Shown piece by piece: positions 13,323 through 24,075 of a stretch of DNA of 64,000 bases (its first letter is position 1; every line of letters starts with the position of its first letter). Source of the stretch: Octopus sinensis (taxonomy: Eukaryota). The notes under the pieces are model-generated. The model was not told the DNA's origin, ran no database searches, and saw only the letters and a list, made by a program, of their open reading frames with translations. The stretch covers positions 64,108,001 through 64,172,000 of the forward strand of contig NC_042997.1 of the NCBI RefSeq assembly GCF_006345805.1. Reading direction: 5' to 3'. A program made the position numbers and the translations under genes.

Positions 13323-14646
13323 CTATTTATATGAGTGAAAGGTGTGTCTTTTCCAGTGTAAATACCTGTAGGATCTTTCGACGATTGTATTTATTAAAGG
13401 GACTTTGGCGAACAAAATATGAAAAATTTCGGAATTAGAGATGCCACAAAATTTTCTGCCTTTATCAAACGGGAAGGACACCGACAAAATGGACCATTCG
13501 AGCTTGAACGTAGTGTTATTGTTCTTCAGACGCCAGACTGATTTGCTTAGACCCGTGCTGTGTTGCTTTCTCTTATCTCTGAAAGTGGAATAATGGTTGG
13601 AGATCCTTTGGGCTAATTTACAAGAGGTTGCGCCAATGTAGAAGTAGACATCGGTTCCAGAAGAGATTTTGCATTGGTAAGTGGTGTTTCTAATTTTGGA
13701 ATTTATGGATAAGAACTTTAATCTTTTGGGGTTGGTTTTCGATACTAAGAGATAGTTTTTATTGTTGTGATAGGTGTAAAAATTGTTGCTGGCTTTGGCC
13801 ACGATACTATTCATCTTATTATCATTACTATAAGTTGTAATATCGTCGGCAAATTCTCTGGCTATGGGAATGCTGCGATTGTTATCATCAATAATATAAC
13901 TTTTATTAAGAATGCTGGTACTATTACCACTAACACCACCACTGTTAATAATCTGGCTAATATTATTATCATTATTACTATTGCTAACGCTAATGGTGCT
14001 ATGAATGTTGCTAATATCCATACTACTTCTATTATTATTATTGTATGTTACGTTGGAATGGGTAAGGGCGGTGTCGCTGCTCATGGGTGATGAAACCCTA
14101 TTTAGCAGCTTATTATTGTGGGAAGCTATTATCTGCGAAAGATTTGAGAATGCTATTCTTACTTTAAGCGAATTTATAGTGGAGTGGTATCTAGAATTCC
14201 TAGGAAAATTCTTAGCAACGGCTTCACGGAATTGTAAAGGGAGATTAGACCTGATTTGTCTCCCGAAAGGAATCACAAACCAGATATAGTTTTTTTTTCT
14301 TGGAGTGGCTGAGAGTGTTGACATTTACATTAAAGGGTATATTTCTGTGTTGTAGAATGGGTTTTGGTTTACGCTGGCCTCCCCTGGTCCGTAAATTGTT
14401 ATTGTAAAATATATTTGTGTTGACGTTGCTAGAGCTGAAATCACTATTTATGTTATTTATATTATTATTAGAAGCTATCTTATCTTGATGGACAGATATT
14501 AGTTTAGGATGGGCCGGATCGATATATGATACCTTATTCCTATAACCGGCCTTTGACAAGGCGGCATTATAAAATTCTGCTTTCTGTTTAAAAATGTCGA
14601 CATTTGCTGATAACTTTGATAGTCTTAAGGATATATTTTTAACCAA
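13323..14646 (-). pseudogene. PLE ORF remnant (RT thumb, linker, GIY-YIG) with one frameshift
   Basis: ORFs 14245-14646 and 13323-14324 overlap in different frames and both carry PLE motifs. Confidence 0.85.
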
Positions 14647-15691
14647 AGTATCGTGGCCAACGCCAGCAACAATTTTTACAACTATCGCAACAATAAAACT
14701 ATGTCTTAGTATCGGAAACCAACCCCAACAGATTAAAGTTCTTATCCATAAATTCCAAAATTAGAAACACCACTTACCAATGCAAAATCTCTTCTGGAAC
14801 CGATGTCTACTTCTACATTGGCGCAACCTCTTGTAAATTAGCCCAAAGGATCTCCAACCATTATTCCACTTTCAGAGATAAGAGAAAGCAACACAGCACA
14901 GGGCTAAGCAAATTAGTCTGGCGTCTGAAGAACAATAACACTACGTTCAAGCTCGAATGGTCCATTTTGTCGGTGTCCTTCCCGTTTGATAAAGGCAGAA
15001 AATTTTGTGGCATCTCTAATTCCGAAATTTTTCATATTTTGTTCGCCAAAGTCCCTTTAATAAATAAAATCGTCGAAAGATCCTACAGGTGTTTACACTA
15101 GAAAAGACACACCTTTCACTCATATAAATAGTGACTAATATAGATAACCCCTCGATTTCCAAAAAATATTTTTGCTATATTTCACCCCAATAGTCAAAAA
15201 GATTTTCTTATATTCCCAATTACTACTATCCATTCTTGCGTTGCCTCTCACCTCGTCCGATTCTTTCTCCCTTTCGCTATCTACTTTCCTTTCTCTACAG
15301 TAAACATAATTGAACACACAAACACAGACCTCTCACCTTACAGCTGTCAGTTGTCTGACATCTACCCATCCACAAACACAATCACGCATTCAGACACACA
15401 CATACACACATTAAGACAGTTATATACAGTTACACACACAGGCACTCATTCATAAAAGAAATCATTTAAACCCACCATTCTTTTGACCTGCACTCTCTCA
15501 CCTTACTATTCTTATGCCTCCCTCCTCCTACTTCGTTTGAACCGTTGAACCTTTAGAACCTTCTAGATTCTTCTACATTCAGCCACTCTGACGTCTCTCC
15601 TTATAAAGAGACACTCATTATCGCCATGGGCTCCTTGAGAGCGGTCAGCTAAAAGGGTTTTTTGCATTTTGATGTCGACATAAGTTCGTTG

Positions 15692-15776
15692 ATTTTCCTG
15701 ATGAGAAATCTGCATAATGTACTCCTTATTCCTTCGGAATTAGGAATATGCAGCCTTCGAAACATATGTCCAGAAT
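15692..15776 (+). ncRNA. Type I hammerhead motif, right-arm copy
   Basis: Same as 12678-12762, but G>C at 15771 breaks the first stem I pair. Confidence 0.65.
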
Positions 15777-15833
15777 AAAGGATATTTGTTAACTAGTCGT
15801 TCAACTCCATTCTTTCATATACTTATATATATG

Positions 15834-15912
<79 letters not shown>

Positions 15913-17296
15913 TATATATAATATATATATATATATGTATGTGTATGTATATATATATGTGTGTGTGTATGTATTTATGTATGTATGTATATACATATGT
16001 ATAAAATTACGTATCAATATAAATGTCTGTTCTTGGAAATTGTAATAAAGGTTTCGTCAAAAGCAAGCATAATAAACCTAACAATGCATAAGAAAAACGA
16101 TAAAAAATATCAGTATTTGCTGTCCAACTGACAGGTATGGGATTTGGCTGAATCCTCACATGTGTGGAGTATTTATTCCTATCTTTACATTCTGTGTTTA
16201 AATAATATCAAGTTCATCTTCGCCTTTCCTTCTTCTTATGTGAATTATTATAGATAATAGACAAACATTAGTTCTAAGTTCGTTAACTGAAAAATCATAA
16301 CACATTTAATTAGAAAAAAACACGTTTAACATTTCATTAGAAAAAAAAACCCTGTTTTATTGGCGTCAGAACCATCGGTTTACATTGAGTGACATCTTAA
16401 AACAGTCAATACTGGTAACAGAACATGCGCTTATACGCTCGCTCAAATCTTTGTGCTTGTGTATGTGTGCAACTTGCCTTTTGCATATGCACGCATACAC
16501 CCCGTGCTTGTCTTTCTTGCAATGAATAAAACAGCTAACCATAATGGAAAAGATAAAGAAACATTTAGTGAATGTCAATGAGTCTGAGTGATATATTTTG
16601 ACAACACTTTCGGTGGATAATACTACCTCCTACTAGAATATAAATTTACGTTTACCCATTCTCCAGGGCACTGATGATCAGCTTATCAATGCGGAATATA
16701 ATATCAAAATATAGTGGTGTAAAGACAATTTAGCACGTACTATGTGAATGTATTTTGTAAATAGTTCAATGAGACCAACATGAAACCGTTTCACATTGCT
16801 TGTAATTTAACTACTAGATATAGCGTACAGTTTTTCAGGAAACATCATGTTCTTATCAGAAGAAAGCAAAGTATTAGGAGAGGGATATGAAAATTATGTA
16901 TTTGTATAGTCGGTTACTTTATTCAGCCACATAGTCACCATGCTACAGCCGTGCCCGTGTACCTCCTTTTGTGTGGTATGTATCTTGTTCTAACATAAAT
17001 AGAAAAGAAATAGATGTCAACCACACTCATGTGTTTCCTATATATAATATAATATAACAAATATAACATAATACGATATATATATATTCTTACTTCTACA
17101 TAATTGCATTATTCCGCAAATCCCTCTTCGCCCATATTTTACTGAAAATATCTATATAAAACTCTTCCTAGTAAATGTCAACAACATCGTTACCGAATGT
17201 CTGGGCAAGTCCGAAAATATCTCTTAGTCACGGCATTTTATTACTGACGCTCACGCACACGCATACACACAAACACACACACGCACAGATATATGT

Positions 17297-17335
<39 letters not shown>

Positions 17336-18159
17336 TCAAATACACTTAGAGGCATATATATGTATATGTAGTAGTATATATGTATGGTTGTGAATGTGTA
17401 TGTGTGTGTATGAGCGCGTGCTTACATGCGTGTGTACGTATGAGTGAACGAGAGATTTTTTTCTGGGCAATTTTATATAGATTCACTCATACTCATGAAT
17501 ATATATTCATTTATCAATGAATATATATTCATAACTGCGAGTGGCTGAATGAAACATATGAAGAAATGAAATACGAAATAAAAGGAAAAGAAAGAAATGC
17601 ATGCTAGAGTGAAGCGTCGTCTCAGAAAGACGTAGGTAAGAAGGGACGGTAATATGAGAAGAAAAGAGTATTAGATTCAAAGAAAATAATAAATCTTCTT
17701 TACAATCGAACAACCATTATTTTCCATATTTTTTCACCATATTTTATTGACTCAAAGCTTGATTGAAAGACTGTTTCTTCGGTGTCTATCCCCTACATAT
17801 TCACACATCGTTGAAACTGGACTGTTTGTTAAATGCTAATGAAGCGATATTGCACGATGTTACAGCTCTACTGGGAAATCTATAGCTGTAAAGCAAATCA
17901 GATGAATAGAACACATAAAATATATATTCGTGTAGGTTAATGTGTTAGGTGATTCTGAGTGTGTATTTCTATTATACCTGATATGACTGAAACATGCTCA
18001 GATTTGTAAATGAATTGAGTATAGTATGTTTAAGTGTATTCCAGGAGTAATTGTACGCATTCTATAGAAGTTAGTGCCTGTGTTTCTATATTCTGTGTTT
18101 ACGTCTCTATACCTCAATTTCTCCCTATATATATATGTGTGTGTTTGTGTGCGTATATA

Positions 18160-18595
18160 CACGATAGTTAAAGCTGCAAAATTATCACAAAACTCTTAGT
18201 CAGGGTTTCATGTTCCCGTTCATCGAACAGTTTTGATGAAAAAAGAATCAAAATTGCGATGGAACATACACTATTGTGATGTCATTGAAAATAAACGAAT
18301 AAGCATTTAAATTGGCGGTCTGATTTCCAAAATACAACTGTATGACATGTTCGTTATCACCTGGATTGGCTAGGAGCGAAGAGAGAAAATTCATCCCTCT
18401 TTACGGCGCAAACGGGAGTCCGGATGGCCCCTGTGCAAGGACAATCCGAAAACGGACAAGTGTTGCAAAGAGTTACCGGTAGAACGGAAATAGCGCGAGA
18501 CCGGGGTATCACTGTCAAGTCGGATGTTTCGGAGGTCTTCCGCGAACCAGTCAGCCAAGCGGCGTCCCATTTGCCCGATGTATATAGAAGGGCAT
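18160..18595 (-). mobile_element. Neptune-like PLE 3' fragment (GIY-YIG C-terminal half plus 3' UTR)
   Basis: CPSIYIGQMGRRLADWFAEDLRNIR...PVSRYF...LSVFGLSLHRG...IFSLRS peptide. The 3' UTR has a degenerate hammerhead-like motif near 18200-18235. Confidence 0.8.
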
Positions 18596-18746
18596 ATACG
18601 ATGAGCTTCTTTCAGTTTCCGTCTGCCAAGGCTTTGATTGGCTCGAGGCTGTAGTAGAAGACACTTGCTCAAGGTGCCACGCATTGGGACTGAACCCGGA
18701 ACCATGTGGCTGGTAAGCAGGCTACTTACCACTCAGCCACCCCGGG
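18596..18746 (-). mobile_element. tRNA-derived SINE, family B head
   Basis: tggctgagtggtaag A box, gggttcagtcc B box and gggcaagtgtcttctact core. Matches 21211, 48130 and 54075. Confidence 0.85.
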
Positions 18747-18749
18747 CCC

Positions 18750-18800
<51 letters not shown>

Positions 18801-19239
18801 TACATACATATACAAACGTGTATAAATACATATACTGTATGCAAACGCGTATACATACGTTAGCCATGCGTTAAAACATAAATACGCAAGTATAAAAAAG
18901 GGATGATAAAAGGAAAAACAAAAAACAAAGGGGGAAGAAGTTTGAATGAAAATAGTGAAGTGTGGATGAAAAAGAAAGAACTGAGGGAAGTGGCGAGTTA
19001 TTAGTAACCGTCTAGACTTCTTCTCCCGCTCTCAGCAACGAATTATTTTCGATCTTATATTAATTATATTTTTATATACCTTACTAGTAATTTTCAACCA
19101 CTTCTCCGCCAAATCGTCAGCTGGTAACGAATATTGCAACGGTATATTTTGAAAATCAAACATTCAGTCAAATTTAAATGTTATTCGTATATTTTTAATC
19201 AATTCACATTATATTACATGTACCATTATACTTTTAATT

Positions 19240-19370
19240 CCGTTTTCATCGCAACTGTCCGACGGACTGGAACTTGAAACTCAGAGTACCAGTTTTGTGA
19301 TAATTTTGCAGCTTTCACAAAATACTATTCCTTCTACCTTGTTTTGCATCTATGTGCACACCTGCCTATA
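19240..19370 (+). mobile_element. Degenerate solo pLTR of the Neptune-like family
   Basis: aactgt...gaaactcagagta...ttttgtgataattttgcagcttt is shared with 18160-18240 (minus strand) and with 5670-5820. Confidence 0.55.
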
Positions 19371-19499
19371 TATATATATCTAATCAAGGATAAAATCTGT
19401 GCAAGATTCTATAAAATGGCTAGCATGTAATCAATCGTTTAGTTAAAAGTTAGTACAAAGTATATAATTTTATAAATATAATTGTAATAAGGGCAACTA

Positions 19500-19687
19500 T
19501 TGAGTAGTACCACATGCTAGAATTAGACGTCAAATGGCTCTAAAACTACCTTGTTTATTACATAGCCACAGTCTGAAAGCGAGGGCGATGAACGTTCATT
19601 TCCCACTCTTTCAGCTCTTATCTCTATAAGAAATAAGGTAGTTTTAGATCCATTTGACGTCTACCTCTAACATGTGGCACTACTCAG
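19500..19687. mobile_element. MITE, 188 bp, with ~56-bp terminal inverted repeats and TA flanks
   Basis: tgagtagtaccacatg...actaccttgttt versus its reverse complement at 19631-19686. TA at 19498-19499 and 19688-19689. Confidence 0.75.
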
Positions 19688-19769
19688 TATAGTATTTGCA
19701 CTTATTATAATTATATTTACAACATTATATACTTTGTATGTATATATATACACACACATACACAAGCCC

Positions 19770-19834
<65 letters not shown>

Positions 19835-19918
19835 ATATACATATACATATTGATAAAAATGGTAAGACAACAAAAGAAAGAAAGAGATCTCGATATTATG
19901 TAAATAGAGGAATGTATC

Positions 19919-20035
19919 TGTAAATGGAATATGTGACAATTATTCGGTAGCCAAGATAAAACTCCGAGTTTCCACCTCGGCATCCGAAAGTCGGTGTTTT
20001 ATCATGGCTACCGAATAATTGTCACATATTACATT

Positions 20036-20039
<4 letters not shown>
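19919..20039. repeat. ~54-bp-arm inverted repeat with a 13-nt loop
   Basis: aatatgtgacaattattcggtagcc... pairs with ...ggctaccgaataattgtcacatatt, with few mismatches. Confidence 0.85.
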
Positions 20040-20088
<49 letters not shown>

Positions 20089-21210
20089 TGCACCGAACTC
20101 TCTCATGCACCAAATGGCAATTGCTAAAAAGCATTTGTGAAGTAAAATCATGTAGCAACACCAAATGGCGGTGCCCAGCATGGCCACAGCTAGTGAGCTG
20201 AAACTAGATAAAATTAAAATATATATATATATATATATTGTGCGTCTGTATTCGCAACGCACATGATTTAAACTTAAATGTATATTGTATATGGTTGTTT
20301 TCCTTTTAACATCATCAAAACTCATTGTACTTTACTTCAATAATAAATTGTCCGTTGATACGTTGAGATATTTTTACTTTTATCTATACGCTTTAGTTTA
20401 TATTTCTACACTTGTTACTCTTGTAGGGGTTATTACTTTGGTATCTCTTCCTGGGATCAATATTCATGTAGTCTGTTGTTGCCGCGGCATTTAGTAATGC
20501 AGTGTCTTCCTCTAATTGATATCATTAGTGATGTTTCATAGAGCCATATCGGTAACTATTGGATTTTCTTCTTGTTATAGTATTTAGTACCCCGTTCTAC
20601 TGTTTATTACTGGGAATATGTTATCACTGTGGCAGTTCTTCCTGTGTTTCTGCCATTTAGGCGGTAGTTGTTCAAGGAATCTGCTACTGTTGCAGAGGTA
20701 ATAGCAGAGGTCGATAAGTGATAGACAATGGAACGCTCTCTATATAGATATAACGATTAACATGAAATTATTGTTTCGTAATTAACAAGCACATGTAAGC
20801 CAAGATCGGGGGCGTTTGTTCACTAAATTGGACCAACGAATACCATTTTGACAGTCTGAAATAAATCAATTCATATCATATAACAGTATTGTGAAATGAA
20901 AATTAAGGATCCCTTAAAAACGAAAATTACTTCAAGCTAAAAGTTAAACTGAAGCAAATGTCTTTTACTATTTTGTCACCTCTCTGATGGCTATCTGTGA
21001 CAAGCCATAAACTGTATAAGGTGAATTGTTGTCGGTCAAGTAAAAAGGCATGCAAGAGTATTGGGAAATACTCAGAAGAGTTTTGTCTATGAATAATGTA
21101 AAAATGCAAACAAATGTATGTCAATGAATTTAGGATGAATCTTGAGTGGAGAAAAGAACTGAATTGGTAGGTAGGCATAGCCATTCCATTGTGAAATTTA
21201 AAAAGGGGGT

Positions 21211-21637
21211 AGGAGTATCTGTGTGGTAAGTAGCTTGCTTACTAACCACATCGTTCCGGGTTCAGTGCTACTGCGTGGCACCTTGTCTTTTACTATTGCC
21301 TCGGGTCGATCAAAGCCTTGTGAGAGGATTTGGTAGAGAGAAACTGAAAGAAGCCCGTCGTATATATATATACGTATGTATGTGTGTGTGTGCATCTGTG
21401 TGTGTGACTGTGTGTATGTATGTGTGTTTATATGTATGTGTGTCTAAGTTTCTCTCCCCAACAACGCTTGACAACCGATTCTCGTGTGTTTACGTCCATG
21501 TAACTTAGCTGTTCAGCAAAAAGACCGACAGAATAAGCACTAGCCTTACAAAGAATAAGTCCTGAGGTCGATTTGCTCGACTAAAGGCGGTGCTTCAGCA
21601 TGGCCGCGCAGTCAAATGACTGAAACAATTAAAAGAA
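21211..21637 (+). mobile_element. Near full-length SINE family B (head, internal microsatellite, tail)
   Basis: Head 21211-21365, (TA/TG)n, tail 21440-21637. Mirror arrangement at 47845-48312. Confidence 0.85.
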
Positions 21638-22096
21638 TAGAAGAATGACTCAATGAATATTTACTATAGATAGGCTTATATTTCACACACGGGGGTATTA
21701 ATTTAACTTAAACCACCCAGATTATTAAGCAAATGATATAAATGCCACTTATATGAAGATAAATAAGAAGCACACTCTGATTAGGATATACTGATATATC
21801 CATTCAGAATAATAAGGATTATTATCAATGAATCAGAATCTGTATATTATCAGATATTCGAATATAGCATAAAAAAGGATATTAGCTTGTATGCCTAATG
21901 AAATACTACATCAACTAACATGGGTTGACTGCCAATTTCCCCTTCATTTCCACCATCTTCTGAATGTTTTAAATAAGCAGGGAACACAGTAACAAATACA
22001 AAGAGAAAAGCGAAAATCACACACATATGCACATATGCATGAATGTATGTATGTATGTATGTGTGTGTGTATGTATGTATGTATCTATCTATCTAT

Positions 22097-22140
<44 letters not shown>

Positions 22141-22408
22141 CTTTAGAAAAGGAAAACAATATTGCTATATATTTAGAAAAATACCCAAATACCTCGTCAT
22201 CTAAGTAGTGACACGCATATATGTATATAGGGATGTATGATATAAAGAAGATACAGAGAACACATTTTATCAAGCGTTGCGTGTCTCTCATTATGCACAT
22301 TTAGATTTTGTGTACGTTCCTGAGAAATTTTTGTGGGGAATAAAAGAATTAAAAGCAAAAGAAAAACAAAAAAGAAAAAAAAACGTAATAAACTACATTT
22401 GTACTTAC

Positions 22409-22551
22409 CACATCGATTATCTGAGCTAATGCCACTCCGAAGGTGACGTTTATTGCTTCTGACGAGTTCAAAGATGGACGAACCCTCTTATCATAGTTCT
22501 TTAAGAGTCTGTTAACCAACGAAAGTTCCACATCGTCAGCAGACGAAGAAG
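22409..22551 (-). CDS. nAChR subunit, coding exon 2 (143 nt, xSSSADDVELSLVNRLLKNYDKRVRPSLNSSEAINVTFGVALAQIIDV)
   Basis: tcctcacag acceptor and gtaagtac donor. Phase 1/0. Has the nAChR N-terminal helix, the YD..VRP motif and the QIIDV ending, and joins exon 3 in frame. Confidence 0.95.
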
Positions 22552-23423
22552 CTGTGAGGATGAAATAAAAGTATCTAATGTTCATAAAGACAAATAATTT
22601 TTCATAATTACTAACGACATCATGATTTCGATTTTCGATATCATTAATGCAGTTCTTGTTAATACTTATCAAATCATTATCAAAACCGTGCATATCCAAC
22701 CTCTTCAAGGCTTTAGGAGTCTAAAGAATTACTTTTGTGCGTAAACAGAACACTGTTGCTTCAAATAGTGCAATCCATCTTGACATAAAATTCTATCATG
22801 AAATATTGCTGACACATAAACTATATAATATTAAAATATTCACTAATTAAAAGAAAGCACTCATGTTGGGTGTGGTTGACGTTAGAAAGTGCTTACTATC
22901 GCTAAAAGCGGGTACGTTTGAATTTTGACTTTTATTGCGGTTTCTCCTACTTCGTTTATTAAAATGTTTCAGAAGGATATGAAAATACGATCCACATTTA
23001 CGATTGATTTACATTAGACAAACACCCACACTCTCCATAAATATTTTTACTATGTTATGATGAAATATACTATTCGCAACAGAATGCTATTCTACGGATA
23101 CATATTCTACAGTTACATAGAACTAAAGGATCTAATGAAAACTGCTTACCACAATATAATACAGCAAAAAATCATCTTTGCAGTTGAGCCGCATCATGCA
23201 TATCAGCCTGTAGTTTACAATACAGGTAAACAGGGAATATACTTCAGAGACTATATATGAAACATTGCAACAGTTCACATACCAATGTATTGTAGTTAGA
23301 ATATGCAGGTGCAATAGTTAATAAGTTTCATATGTTTCATTGCATTGATGTGCATGTTATGGTTGCTTTTTAGATTTTAAGAAGGTCACTAAACGAGTTC
23401 TAAAAATATGCTCAATTTCGAAT

Positions 23424-23619
23424 TTACCTCCCTGTGGGATGAGGTTAAAATAATAGACAGAGAACACCACTGGAAAATACGAAAACTGAAAGAAGCAGCA
23501 CATATGCTAGGATACAACAACTTCCTAAGCAGACCGAGTGTAGATATGAACAGCATATGGGAACCGGTATTAAGGAAGGATAAGAGCATATAAGATTTAT
23601 AAGCCATAAAATTCACTCC

Positions 23620-23697
<78 letters not shown>

Positions 23698-23705
23698 TAA
23701 TAATG

Positions 23706-23736
<31 letters not shown>

Positions 23737-23933
23737 CAACAACAACATAAAAAAATACCTTAGGAATGAGAACCCAGGTTCGAAATTTCCCCGACACACC
23801 TGAAGAAAGCTGGAGGGCATATCAGCCGAAAAGTTGTGTTAACAACAAAGATGAGGACGAATGTCCGTCGAATGTAAATAGTGTTAATACTGCAAATAAT
23901 GCACATACTTCCTCATCCCGTAAATAAAGAACT
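23424..23933 (+). mobile_element. Poseidon-like PLE 3' fragment (GIY-YIG end, (AAT)n, pLTR)
   Basis: LWDEVKIIDREHHWKIRKLKEAAHMLG peptide is homologous to 62000-62130 (minus strand). The pLTR is shared with 55560-55710 and 61720-61870. Confidence 0.85.
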
Positions 23934-23960
23934 GTATCATTGTTATTATTATTATTATCA

Positions 23961-24040
<80 letters not shown>

Positions 24041-24075
24041 ATTATTGTTGTTGTTGCTGTTGCTGTTGTTGTTAT
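23620..24075. repeat. Long (AAT)n/(AAC)n and (ATT)n/(GTT)n trinucleotide tracts
   Basis: Directly visible at 23620-23748 and 23940-24075. Confidence 0.95.

Larger units (their letters stand above)
12627..15827 (-). mobile_element. 5'-truncated Penelope-like element (Naiad-like) with an inverted duplicate of its 3' end
   Basis: Minus-strand RT thumb (KNISLRLSKLS...YNAALSKAGY; RKKNYIWF...FP), an Asn-rich linker and a GIY-YIG nuclease (YIG...RISNHYSTF...STGLSK.VW.LK...W.IL). Arms 12627-13808 and 14647-15827 are ~98% identical inverted repeats around an 838-bp spacer. Clade call rests on recalled motifs. Confidence 0.88.

Noticed and set aside
13100-13330. SECIS element or selenocysteine recoding, reported for some Naiad elements
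   Set aside because: No in-frame TGA at Cys positions, and the RTGA...AA candidates near the stop codon lack the 3' GA quartet and helix.
13767-14289. Plus-strand ORFs inside the PLE spacer
   Set aside because: Antisense shadows of the low-complexity PLE ORF.
23132-23314. Alternative exon 1 candidate ending at a gtaagc donor near 23148
   Set aside because: Its only open ATG frame ends in phase 0, but exon 2 needs phase 1, and it is not signal-peptide-like.
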